Assembly (NCBI GenBank): GCA_039027015.1 | Contig: JBCCLG010000003.1 | Location: forward strand, 1-32,700 | Direction: 5' to 3' | Length of the DNA: 32,700 nt | Source: Acidobacteriota bacterium | Lineage (GTDB): Bacteria > Acidobacteriota > Thermoanaerobaculia > Multivoradales > J023 | Shown: positions 1 to 8,955 of the stretch, in pieces | Numbering within the stretch: the stretch's first letter is position 1 | Layout of the letters: each line of letters opens with the position of its first letter | The notes under the pieces: model-generated | The model's database searches: none | Told to the model about the DNA's origin: nothing | What the model saw: only the letters and a program-made list of their open reading frames with translations | Translations under genes and position numbers: made by a program

Positions 1-36
1 ATCTTCAAGCGCGAGCTGCGGCGCGGCTTCCGCTGA
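1..36 (+). CDS. 3' end of a CDS entering the window, possibly an AMP-binding (acyl-CoA synthetase) enzyme
   Basis: Frame 1 reads IFKRELRRGFR-stop (TGA 34-36), resembling the C-terminal GKI.KRELR motif of adenylate-forming enzymes; converges on the kinase stop at 44. Confidence 0.4.
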   Translation: MFKRELRRGFR

Positions 37-43
37 TGCCGCC

Positions 44-1648
44 TCAATCCCGGGCCGCGGCGGGAAACGACCCGCAGGCCCGCAGCGCCGGGATCAGATC
101 CCGGCGCAGGTCGGCGGCTCGCTGATAGCGATCGCCAGGCGCCTTGGCGAGGGCTCTGGCGAGAACCTCCGCTACCGCCCGCTGGGCGTCGGTCTCAACG
201 CGCAGATCGAGGGGCGAGCTGGCCACGGCGCGCAGCATCTTGCCGAGGGTCTTGGCCCAGAATGGCGGCCTGCCGGTGAGCGCCTCGCAGGCTAGAACGC
301 CGAGCGCAAAGAGATCCGCGCGGTGGTCGACCCGCTCGCCCGCCAGCTGCTCCGGCGACATGTAGGAGAGCGTGCCGATCACCATGCCGACGGCGGTCAA
401 AGCCCGGCTGCCCGTGGGGCTTGAGTCGCGGACCTTGGCGAGGCCGAAATCGAGGATCTTCGGCACTTCCTCGCCGGCCTCATCGAGGGTCAGCATGATG
501 TTCTCGGGCTTGAGGTCCCGGTGGATGATGCCGCGCTCGTGGGCCGCCTGAACGCCGCCCAGGATCGCCTCGAACCAGCGCGCCGTCCGGCTCGGCTCGA
601 TCGGGCCTTCCTTCTCGAAGGCGGCGCGCAGGGTGCGTCCTTCGACGTACTCCATGACCATGAAGGCGGCGGTGTCGGTCTCTGCGGGATCCGTGGAGCT
701 GAGAGTGCCCGAGTCGAGCACCCGAGTGATGTTCGGGTGCCTTAGCACCTGACCCGCCCGCGCTTCGTTGGCGAAGCGTCCCTGGGCGACGCGGTCGCCG
801 CCGGCGAGGATTTTGATCGCCGCTTTCTCGTCTCCGCCATCCGCTGCCGGGTCGATATTCGTCGCCAGGTAAACCAATCCCATGCCGCCGCGTCCGAGGC
901 GGCGCTCGAGCCGGTAACGCCCCGCCACCGTGCGCTCGATGCGCAAGGTCGGCTCTAGGGGGTGGTCGTCGCCGTCGCAGAAAGCCGCCTCGGGATCGAA
1001 GCAGCGGCCGCAGATGGGGCACTCCTTGAGCCAGATCCCCGGACCCTGGGCGAAACTCATCTGCAGGCGCTGGACGTTGATGAGGGCGGCCTGGCAGGCC
1101 GCGGTGCGATCCGCCAGGGTCTGCAGGAGATCGAGCTGAACCTCCTTCAGCGGCGAGGCGAGCTCGCCGATCATCAGAAAGCCGCGCAGCCCCTCGGGCC
1201 GTCTCGGCGGATGCTGCAGCGCCGCGAGCCAGTGAGCGCCCCACTCGCGCAAAAAGGCTCGGTCTTCGCTTCTCAGATCGCCGAGTCCCTGGACCCGCCG
1301 CGGCTCGCACCACGCGGGCGCCAGGTCGCGCAGGGCGGTGGGTTCGGGGATCAGGACCTGGTCGTCCAGCTCATGGTCGCTCGAATAGATGAGTCGAAAT
1401 CGGTGACCGCGGCGGCAGAAGAGGTGCAGCCTCGAGGGGGAGAGGGCCTCGAGCAGCGCGATGCCGACCGCGCGCCCCAGCTCCGGCTCGTCCCGGCAGC
1501 GGTCGAGATCGCCGATCAGCTCAAGAAGAATCTGCTCCCGGTGATGCTCCTCGCGAAAGAAGAGTCGGTGGAGAAGCGCGCTGAGTCGTCCCCTGGGCGT
1601 TCTGCCCGGAAGTTCCGCAGTCGTCTCGCGATCCGGGTCAAACGTCAC
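44..1648 (-). CDS. Hanks-type Ser/Thr protein kinase with N-terminal GAF-like region and Cys-rich zinc-ribbon linker
   Basis: LGRGGMGLVY, AIKIL, HRDLKPEN, DFGLAK, GTLSYMSPEQ and DLFALG motifs all intact; CPICGRCF...C before the kinase domain. Confidence 0.93.
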   Translation of the reverse strand: MTFDPDRETTAELPGRTPRGRLSALLHRLFFREEHHREQILLELIGDLDRCRDEPELGRAVGIALLEALSPSRLHLFCRRGHRFRLIYSSDHELDDQVLIPEPTALRDLAPAWCEPRRVQGLGDLRSEDRAFLREWGAHWLAALQHPPRRPEGLRGFLMIGELASPLKEVQLDLLQTLADRTAACQAALINVQRLQMSFAQGPGIWLKECPICGRCFDPEAAFCDGDDHPLEPTLRIERTVAGRYRLERRLGRGGMGLVYLATNIDPAADGGDEKAAIKILAGGDRVAQGRFANEARAGQVLRHPNITRVLDSGTLSSTDPAETDTAAFMVMEYVEGRTLRAAFEKEGPIEPSRTARWFEAILGGVQAAHERGIIHRDLKPENIMLTLDEAGEEVPKILDFGLAKVRDSSPTGSRALTAVGMVIGTLSYMSPEQLAGERVDHRADLFALGVLACEALTGRPPFWAKTLGKMLRAVASSPLDLRVETDAQRAVAEVLARALAKAPGDRYQRAADLRRDLIPALRACGSFPAAARD

Positions 1649-1687
1649 GGCGTGCTGCGGGTCCTCGAATTTCGGGCCGCCCCGCCG

Positions 1688-2107
1688 TCAGGCCACCAAA
1701 TAGGCGCTGGTTCGGAGCTGAAGTCGAGTGCGTCCCTCAAAGCCGCTGCCGAAGATCGAAAAGGCGCTCTTCTCGGCCAGGATCGGCAGCACGATCCAGC
1801 CATCGAAGCTGTCGCCCGCGCCGTAGGGCGGAACCACCGGCTCGATCTCCGCCAGCTTGACCCACCAATTCTCGTCGGGGTCGAAGGAGCCGCGTAGCTC
1901 GGCGTAGGTGCGGTCGAGATCCAGCACGCTGTTGGCCGACGGGGTCCACAGCGACACGATGAACCGCACCTCGTCGTAGTGGCGCGTCTCGATCCACGGA
2001 TCGCCCTGGTATTCGAGCGGAAATGTGAACATTCCGGAGCTGTCGGTCGCGAAGACTTCGGAGGTCGAGTCAAAGAGAATCTGGCGCGGCGTATGGTCGC
2101 GGCTCAT
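1688..2107 (-). CDS. hypothetical protein (139 aa, acidic and aromatic, predicted beta-rich)
   Basis: Natural amino-acid composition and GC3-biased codons; AGGAG upstream on the minus strand; co-oriented between trmJ and the kinase. Confidence 0.75.
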   Translation of the reverse strand: MSRDHTPRQILFDSTSEVFATDSSGMFTFPLEYQGDPWIETRHYDEVRFIVSLWTPSANSVLDLDRTYAELRGSFDPDENWWVKLAEIEPVVPPYGAGDSFDGWIVLPILAEKSAFSIFGSGFEGRTRLQLRTSAYLVA

Positions 2108-2201
2108 CGTGGGAGGGCTCCTTCTTCAGGCCAACGGGCGGAATGGATCGGGACTGTATCACCCGCCAGGGCCGGCCCCAGTGGCGCTTTTCGCGGCCTC
2201 C

Positions 2202-2972
2202 TCAGCCCTCGAGGCGGCCGAGCATGCGCTCGACGAGGCGCCGCAGGAGGCCCACCTGGCGAGCGTCGGGATCGGCGCCCGCAAGCATTCTGCGGCAGTC
2301 GCGGAGCATGGTGCGATGGAGGTGAGGCTGGTCGAAACCGAGCCGCTCGATCAGGGCGCCGGAGCGCTCGATCAGCTGCTCGCGGGCGGCGAAGGTCGGG
2401 CGCTCGTCCTCTTCGGTCGCCTCGGAGCGCTCGCGGCCTCGGGCGGCGGAGTCCGCGGCCGCATTCGATCTCGAGGCGAGGTGGAGGTCATAGGCCACCA
2501 GCAGCACCGCCTGGGCCAGGTTGAGGGTGGGGTGCTCGGCGGCGCAGGGAATGCGCAGCACCGGCTCGCATAAATCGAGCTCGCGCGCGGTGAGGCCGCT
2601 CTTCTCGGTGCCGAAGACCAGGGCGACCCGCTCCGCGGGCCCGAGCACGTCGGGCAGCCTTCGGGATTCGACGATCCGGCGGCCTTTAAGGGGCCGCTCG
2701 CGGCCCGAGCTGGTGCCGACGGCGCGGTGGAAGGGCGCCAGGGCCGACTCGAGATCCGGCGCGCGGACGGCGCCCTCGAGCACGTGCCAGCCGCCGACCC
2801 CAAAGCCTCGAGCCACCCCGCCGAGCTGCGGGGCCGGCTCCACCAGGATCAGCGTCTCGAGTCCCATATTGGCCATCGCCCGGGCCACCGAGCCGATATT
2901 GCCCTCCTCGCGAGGGCGCACCAGCACGATGGCTGGCGGCGGAGCGTGGGGTGCGGGCGCTGTGGTCGGCAT
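2202..2972 (-). CDS. trmJ: SPOUT RNA methyltransferase, TrmJ/LasT family
   Basis: IVLVRP..EGNIGSVARAMANMG, LVFGTEKSGLT..EL..C and IP....PTLNLAQAV motifs. Confidence 0.85.
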   Translation of the reverse strand: MPTTAPAPHAPPPAIVLVRPREEGNIGSVARAMANMGLETLILVEPAPQLGGVARGFGVGGWHVLEGAVRAPDLESALAPFHRAVGTSSGRERPLKGRRIVESRRLPDVLGPAERVALVFGTEKSGLTARELDLCEPVLRIPCAAEHPTLNLAQAVLLVAYDLHLASRSNAAADSAARGRERSEATEEDERPTFAAREQLIERSGALIERLGFDQPHLHRTMLRDCRRMLAGADPDARQVGLLRRLVERMLGRLEG

Positions 2973-3046
2973 CTTTTTCCGTTGCGAGGGGCGAGAAGAG
3001 CGGGGCCGAGGGGATCAGCCAGGGCGAAGATCCTGCCTCGCCGCGC

Positions 3047-3076
3047 TTGACAGATGACTTCCGGGGGTTTCAAATT
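3047..3076 (+). promoter_or_regulatory. putative sigma70 promoter
   Basis: Perfect TTGACA at 3047-3052, 17-18 nt spacer, then TCAAAT/CAAATT; about 50 nt upstream of the ATG at 3125. Confidence 0.5.
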
Positions 3077-3124
3077 CTTGAACACACCGCGCCGCATCTC
3101 AACCTCTTCGGCGAAAGGACTCCG

Positions 3125-3439
3125 ATGCCCCAATCCAGAATGCGTTCCTATTTGATTTTCACCGGCACCGGCCCGATTTTGGTTCTCTCGACCTACCCCA
3201 AGCTGACCGACGAGCGACTGATCACCAAGCTGCGCTACAAGGGCATCGATAAATTTATGGCGTATCAGGTCGATCTCGACGTGGTGGAGAGCCGCTACAG
3301 CCAAAACTTTGCCTCGGTCGTAGAAGACCTCAAGGATGAGGGGCTCGAGGACGTTCGGGTGCTCGACTTCAACGGCCACCAGATCATGGCCAACTTCTCC
3401 CTCGATTCCCTGGGCGATCCGATCAAATTTGGCGGCTGA
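3125..3439 (+). CDS. conserved hypothetical cytosolic protein (about 104 aa)
   Basis: GAAAGGA RBS before ATG 3125; IFTGTGPILVL...KGI.KF.AY...VRVLDFNGH pattern resembles a family of uncharacterised small proteins; the 2951 start overlaps trmJ and is unlikely. Confidence 0.8.
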   Translation: MPQSRMRSYLIFTGTGPILVLSTYPKLTDERLITKLRYKGIDKFMAYQVDLDVVESRYSQNFASVVEDLKDEGLEDVRVLDFNGHQIMANFSLDSLGDPIKFGG

Positions 3440-3588
3440 TCGCGGGCGGTGAGCGCCGCGAACTGGACAGAGCGGCCCCGGTCTCCGTTTGATAGGCGAT
3501 GGCCCCGCCTCCCGCCGGATGTCAGGACAGCGGCGGACGGTGTTCACCGCAAACCCTCTCACCAGGCCGACCGCTCACCGCTCCCCTG

Positions 3589-5067
3589 ATGACGACAAGA
3601 AAGCACTGGATCGGACTCGCGATCGTCGCCGTGTGGCTGGCGGCGACCGCCCTACTCATCGAGCGTGAGTTTGGCGGACAGCGCCTCGAGCTGACGGGCG
3701 AGACGCCCGCGGGCACCTCTTCAACCTGGCTGGGCCTCTACCTGGCGGACGGGCCGCGCGTCGGCCACGTGCACCTGCGCCGCCAGGAGGAAAGCCGCTC
3801 CGAGCAGCCCGGTACCCGCCTGACCCTGGATTTACAGATGGCCATGCAGCTGCTCGGCCGCGAAACCGACCTGACCGTGTCGGGAGTTTTATGGCGTTCG
3901 GCGGACGGCCAATCTGCCGAGCTCGACGTCACCGTCGACTCCTCGGAGCAGACGGTGCGCCTCGTCGGCGCGCTGGCCGACGGTCAGCTGGTGGCGGAGG
4001 TCGAGTCGGGGGGCCAGAGCTTCCCCTTCGAGGTGCCCCTCGAGGCCGACGTGCTCCTGCAGAGCGGCGGCCTCGGCGCTGCCGTCGGGCTGCCCGTGCT
4101 GGCGGTGGGCGACGATATCCGCCTGCCGAGCTTCGATCCCATCACCCTCAGCAGGGGTACGGCGAGGATCCGCTGCGTTCGCGAGGAGACCCTCGAAATC
4201 GCCGGCCGGCAGGTCCGCGCCCGCCGGCTCGAGGTCGAGGCGAGCGGCCTCAACTCGACCGCCTGGATCGATCTCGAGGGCGAGGTGGTGCGCGCCGAAA
4301 CGCCGGTCGGCCTGGTGCTCGAGCGCATCGATCCCTCGGCCTTAGCGACCTCGGAGGCGGCGGGCGGCGCAGCGGCCGGGGGCGGCGATTTTCTGGCGCG
4401 CACCGCGATCCGGCCCACGGGCGAGAGGCCTTTTCGAGGCGCCCGCCGGCTCGAGGCGCGCCTCTCGATGGCGGAGGGCCCGCTGCCGCCGGTGCCGTCG
4501 GGCGGCGCCCAGAGATTCGCCGCGGGGGGGCGGCTCACCGTGGACGCTCGCCCGGGGGCCTTGACCGCATCCGAGCAGCCGCCCACGGATCTTTTGGCCG
4601 CCGACGCCTTTGTGCAGAGCGACCACCCGCTCCTGCGGCAGCAGGCCGCCGGCATCGTCGGTGATCTCGAGGACCCGAGGGCCCAGGCCGAGGCGCTTTA
4701 TGAGTGGGTCTTCACCGAGATCGAGAAGGTGCCGGTGATGAGTCTGCCGTCGGCTCTCGAGGTGCTCGAGACCCGGCGCGGCGACTGCAACGAGCACACC
4801 GTGCTCTTCGCCGCCCTGGCGCGCGCCGTGGGCCTGCCCACGCGCATCGCCGTCGGCCTGGTGTGGAGCGAGGACCTGGCGGGCTTCTACTACCACGCGT
4901 GGCCCGAAGTGCTGATCGGCGAAGTCTTTGTGCGCCTCGACCCGACCCTCGGTCAGCCCGTCGCCGACGCCACCCACATCAAGCTGCTCGAGGGCGGTAT
5001 CGAGAGCTGGCCTCGTCTGCTGCCGTATTTGGGCCGGCTGCAGATCGAAATTCTGGAGATCGAGTGA
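3589..5067 (+). CDS. membrane-anchored transglutaminase-like domain protein
   Basis: N-terminal TM helix (WIGLAIVAVWLAATALL); catalytic triad GDCNEH, YHAWPEV, RLDPT. Confidence 0.88.
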   Translation: MTTRKHWIGLAIVAVWLAATALLIEREFGGQRLELTGETPAGTSSTWLGLYLADGPRVGHVHLRRQEESRSEQPGTRLTLDLQMAMQLLGRETDLTVSGVLWRSADGQSAELDVTVDSSEQTVRLVGALADGQLVAEVESGGQSFPFEVPLEADVLLQSGGLGAAVGLPVLAVGDDIRLPSFDPITLSRGTARIRCVREETLEIAGRQVRARRLEVEASGLNSTAWIDLEGEVVRAETPVGLVLERIDPSALATSEAAGGAAAGGGDFLARTAIRPTGERPFRGARRLEARLSMAEGPLPPVPSGGAQRFAAGGRLTVDARPGALTASEQPPTDLLAADAFVQSDHPLLRQQAAGIVGDLEDPRAQAEALYEWVFTEIEKVPVMSLPSALEVLETRRGDCNEHTVLFAALARAVGLPTRIAVGLVWSEDLAGFYYHAWPEVLIGEVFVRLDPTLGQPVADATHIKLLEGGIESWPRLLPYLGRLQIEILEIE

Positions 5068-5068
5068 C

Positions 5069-5821
5069 GTGATCGAGATCCGCTCCTTGACGAAGCGCTT
5101 CGGCCCCAAACTGGCGGTCGACAGGCTCGATCTCGAGATCGGTGCCGGCGAATTCTTCTGTTTCCTGGGGCCGAACGGCGCCGGCAAGACCACCACCATC
5201 AAGATGCTCACCGGCCTGATCCGGCCGACCGAAGGCGAGGCCCGGGTCGGCGGCATCGACGTGCAGAAGGATCCGGTGGGCGCCAAGCAGCTGCTCGGCT
5301 ACATCCCCGACCATCCCTTTCTGTACGACAAGCTCACCGGCCGCGAGCTGATGCGTTTCGTCGCCGGCCTCTACCGGCTGAGCGACGCGCGCTTCGAAGA
5401 GCTCGCGGAGCCCTTGCTCGAGACCTTCGAGCTGACCCACGTGGCCGACACCCTGGTGGAGCGCATGAGTCACGGCATGCGCCAGAAGCTGTCCTTCGCC
5501 TCCTGTTTTCTGCACGAGCCAAAGGTTGTGGTGGTCGACGAGCCGTGGGTCGGCCTCGACCCTAAGAACATCCGCGCGGTCAAGACCTACCTGCGCCGCA
5601 GGGCCGATGAAGACGGCCTGACCATCTTCATGTCGACCCACACCCTGTCGATCGCCGAGGAGGTGGCGGACCGCATCGGCATCATCCACGGCGGGCGCCT
5701 GCGCCACATGGGCACGGTCGACGAGATCAAGGCGCTCTCCGAGTCTCCGGGATCGCTCGAGGACGTCTTTCTCGAGCTGACCCGCGACGAGGCGGAGAGT
5801 CGCGAAGCGGGCCCCCCATGA
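5069..5821 (+). CDS. ABC transporter ATP-binding protein
   Basis: Walker A GPNGAGKTT, signature MSHGMRQK, Walker B VVVVDEP, H-loop STH; GTG starts 1 nt after the upstream stop. Confidence 0.95.
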   Translation: MIEIRSLTKRFGPKLAVDRLDLEIGAGEFFCFLGPNGAGKTTTIKMLTGLIRPTEGEARVGGIDVQKDPVGAKQLLGYIPDHPFLYDKLTGRELMRFVAGLYRLSDARFEELAEPLLETFELTHVADTLVERMSHGMRQKLSFASCFLHEPKVVVVDEPWVGLDPKNIRAVKTYLRRRADEDGLTIFMSTHTLSIAEEVADRIGIIHGGRLRHMGTVDEIKALSESPGSLEDVFLELTRDEAESREAGPP

Positions 5822-7530
5822 GCCAGCTCGGCGCCCTCCTATGGTCCAAGAGGAGAATCGCGCGCCACAGCCTGGCGGCGATTCGCGAGCAGTCCAAGCT
5901 CAAGGTGGGCTTCGTCGGAGTCTCCTCGCTGCTGCTCCTGATCGGCATCTACGGCGCGTCGCGGCTGGTTTTCTTCCTGCTCGAGAGCCTGGGCTCCGAA
6001 GCTCTAGGCGGCGCCCAGCTGAGCCTCGGCGATCTGGTGATGTCGCGGCTGCTCTCCACCTTCGCTCTCACCGTCTTCGTGCTGCTGATCTTCTCCAACG
6101 TGCTGGTGTGCTACGCCTCGCTCTTCCGCTCGCGAGAGATGACGATGCTGGTGCACAGCCCGCTGCCGGTCAGCACGCTTTTTCTCGGCCGCTTTGTCGA
6201 GTGCGTGAGCTTCTCCTCGTGGGCGACCGCCTTTTTGGGCGCGCCGATGCTTCTGGCCTACGGCCTCGAAAGCGGTGCGCCGCCGGCCTTTTACCTCTCC
6301 CTGGTTCTTTTCTACGTGCCGTTCGTGGTCATTCCGGCGGCGATCGGCGCCGTTCTCTCGCTGCTCATCGTGCGGCTGGTCGCCGCCCTCCGGGTGCGGC
6401 TGCTGCCCCTGGCGGCGGGCGCGGCGGCGATTGTCTCGGCTCTTTACCTTGCCCTGCGCGGCCGACTGAAGGCGCCGGACCTCTCAGAGCCCTCGGGGGT
6501 CCAGGCGATCCTCGACGTTCTGGCCGGCAGCCAGAACCCGTTTCTGCCCAGCCAGTGGCTGGCCCAGGGCGTTCTCGCCGCGGCCACCGGTGATCTCGGC
6601 GAGGCGGCCTTCCAGCTCTTCCTGCTGACCGCCAACGCGGCTCTCGCCCTCTTCATCGCCACCCTGCTGGCCGAGAGGCTGTTTTACGGCGCGTGGTCTT
6701 CGCTCCTGGCCTCCGACGCCCAGAAGCCCGCGGCCGCCTCCGCCGGCGGGTCCGCGCGGGTGCTCGAGACCCTGCTGCGCCCGCTGCCCGAGCCCGCCCG
6801 CTCGCTGACCGTCAAAGACATTCGGAGCTTTTGGCGCGAGCCGAGCCAGTGGTCGCAGTTCGTGCTCTTTTTCGGCATTCTCGCCGTCTATTTGGCGAAC
6901 CTCGGCGGCGATCGGCGGGTGGCTCTTGATCCCGAGACCTGGCAGGCGTGGGGCACCCTGCTCAACCTGGGGGCGGCGCTCCTGATCCTCGCCTCCCTGA
7001 CCACCCGCTTCGTTTACCCGCTGATCAGCCTCGAAGGGCGGCGGATCTGGATTCTGGGCATGGCCCCGCTCACCCGCCGAGGCCTGGTGTGGCAAAAGTT
7101 CTGGCTGAGCGTGGTCACCACGTCTCTGTTCACCGTCGGGCTTTCCGTGCTCTCGGCCTCCAAGCTCGAGCTGGGTCCGCTGGCCTTCGCCCTGTCGGTC
7201 GCCGCGGTGCTGGCCGCCACGATCGCCCTCTCCGGCCTGGCCGTCGGCCTGGGCAGCCTCTACCCCGACTTCGCGGACGACAACCCGGCGCGCATCGTCT
7301 CGGGCCTGGGAGGCACCCTCAACTTCCTGCTCAGCATGGTCTACGTCACTCTTCTGGCGGCGGCTCTGGGCGTCGTGCTGCTGTGGCACCGCCTCTCTGC
7401 TCAGCTCGGGGAAGACTCCTTTCCCCAGGTGCTGGCCGGCGCCATCCTGTGGATCCTCGTTCTGACCGCCGTCACCTGCTGGCTGCCCATGCGCCTCGGC
7501 ATCCGCAACCTCGAGCGTCTCGAGATTTAG
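5818..7530 (+). CDS. putative ABC exporter permease (about 12 TM helices)
   Basis: Highly hydrophobic; KDIRSFWREPSQW and SLEGRRIWIL motifs; ATGA overlap with the ATPase gene. Confidence 0.88.
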   Translation: MSQLGALLWSKRRIARHSLAAIREQSKLKVGFVGVSSLLLLIGIYGASRLVFFLLESLGSEALGGAQLSLGDLVMSRLLSTFALTVFVLLIFSNVLVCYASLFRSREMTMLVHSPLPVSTLFLGRFVECVSFSSWATAFLGAPMLLAYGLESGAPPAFYLSLVLFYVPFVVIPAAIGAVLSLLIVRLVAALRVRLLPLAAGAAAIVSALYLALRGRLKAPDLSEPSGVQAILDVLAGSQNPFLPSQWLAQGVLAAATGDLGEAAFQLFLLTANAALALFIATLLAERLFYGAWSSLLASDAQKPAAASAGGSARVLETLLRPLPEPARSLTVKDIRSFWREPSQWSQFVLFFGILAVYLANLGGDRRVALDPETWQAWGTLLNLGAALLILASLTTRFVYPLISLEGRRIWILGMAPLTRRGLVWQKFWLSVVTTSLFTVGLSVLSASKLELGPLAFALSVAAVLAATIALSGLAVGLGSLYPDFADDNPARIVSGLGGTLNFLLSMVYVTLLAAALGVVLLWHRLSAQLGEDSFPQVLAGAILWILVLTAVTCWLPMRLGIRNLERLEI

Positions 7531-7540
7531 CCGGGTCGCC

Positions 7541-8941
7541 GTGGGTTCCGCGGAGCGCCTTTACTCGCGCCTGCCCGTTTGGGGGCAGAATCTGGCCGTC
7601 ACGGCCTACGGGGTCAGCTGGTTTCTCAAGAGATTCGGCCCGGGCTTCAGGACCCAGGTCGAGGGCCTCAAGGCGCGCGATCGCTGGAGCCGGCGGGATC
7701 TCGAGTCGTGGCAGCGTCACGCTCTTTTAGACCAGCTCGCGGCCGCGGCCGAGCGCGTGCCGTTCTATCGGGAGCGCTGGAGCGGAGCCGAAAAGCGGGC
7801 GGCGCTGCGCGGCGACCTCGCGGCGCTGCCGCTGCTCGAGAAAGGCGACCTGCGAGGGGAGGAGCGGAGGTTCCTGCGCGCGGATATGGGGAACCGCCTC
7901 GGCGTCCAGACCTTCTACACCAGCGGCTCGACGGGTACCCCCATCGCCACCCACTGGACCCTTCATGAGCTGCGCGGCGCCATGGCCCTGCGGGAGGTGC
8001 GCTCGGCGGGCTGGGCCGGGGTGTCCTTCGCCGAGCCGAGGGCCACCTTTTCCGGTCGAATGGTGGTGCCCGAGGCCTTGAGCGGCGGTCCCTTTTACCG
8101 CCTGAACCGGGTCGAGAGGCAGGTCTACTTCTCCGCCTTCCACCTCTCTCCGAGCACGGCGCCCGCCTACGTTGAGGCCCTGAGGCGTCACGGCTGCCGC
8201 TGGCTCACCGGCTACGGCGTCTCTTTCTATCTGCTCGCCCGCTTCATGCTCGATCAGGGGCTTCGGCCGCCGAATCTGGCCGCGGTGATCACCACCAGCG
8301 AGAAAATCACCGAGCCCATGCGCCGGGTCATGGAAGAGGCCTACGGCTGCCCCGTTTTCGAGGAATATTCGACCGTCGAAAACATCTCCTTTGCCAGCGC
8401 CTGCGAGCACGGGCGCCTGCACGTCAGTCCGGAGGCCGGCGTCCTCGAGATCCTCCGCCCCGACGGCGCGCGGTGCGATCCCGGAGAGCCCGGCGAGGTC
8501 GTCGCCACCGGGCTGCTGAGAAGGCTTCAGCCGATGATTCGCTTCCGCCTGGGAGACGGGGCCGCGTGGGATCCCGACCCGTGCCCCTGCGGCCGGCCGT
8601 TTCCGGTCCTGCGCGAGGTGCTGGGCCGCCTCGAGGACGTGGTCGAGGGCCCCGACGGTCGACGCATGGTGCGCTTCCACGGCATCTTCATCGACCTGCC
8701 GAACGTGCTCGAGGGTCAAATCATCCAGGAGTCTCGAACCCATCTCCGAGTCAAGATCGTCGCCTCGCCGGGCTTTGGCCCCGAAGAAGAGGAGCAGATT
8801 CGCGGCCGGGTTCACCAGCGCCTGGGCGCGGAGGTCCGCGTGGACGTCGAGCGGGTCGACTCCATTCCTCGAACCTCGGCTGGAAAGTTCAGGGCCGTCG
8901 TCTCCAAGATAGGCGGCGAGACGACCGGTTCCCCCGTTTAG
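7541..8941 (+). CDS. phenylacetate-CoA ligase family / CapK-like adenylate-forming protein
   Basis: TSGSTGTP P-loop, EEYSTVE, MIRFRLGD, CPCGR, GRLED, PRTSAGKFRAV. Confidence 0.88.
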   Translation: MGSAERLYSRLPVWGQNLAVTAYGVSWFLKRFGPGFRTQVEGLKARDRWSRRDLESWQRHALLDQLAAAAERVPFYRERWSGAEKRAALRGDLAALPLLEKGDLRGEERRFLRADMGNRLGVQTFYTSGSTGTPIATHWTLHELRGAMALREVRSAGWAGVSFAEPRATFSGRMVVPEALSGGPFYRLNRVERQVYFSAFHLSPSTAPAYVEALRRHGCRWLTGYGVSFYLLARFMLDQGLRPPNLAAVITTSEKITEPMRRVMEEAYGCPVFEEYSTVENISFASACEHGRLHVSPEAGVLEILRPDGARCDPGEPGEVVATGLLRRLQPMIRFRLGDGAAWDPDPCPCGRPFPVLREVLGRLEDVVEGPDGRRMVRFHGIFIDLPNVLEGQIIQESRTHLRVKIVASPGFGPEEEEQIRGRVHQRLGAEVRVDVERVDSIPRTSAGKFRAVVSKIGGETTGSPV

Positions 8942-8955
8942 GGTCTCGGCGAAGC

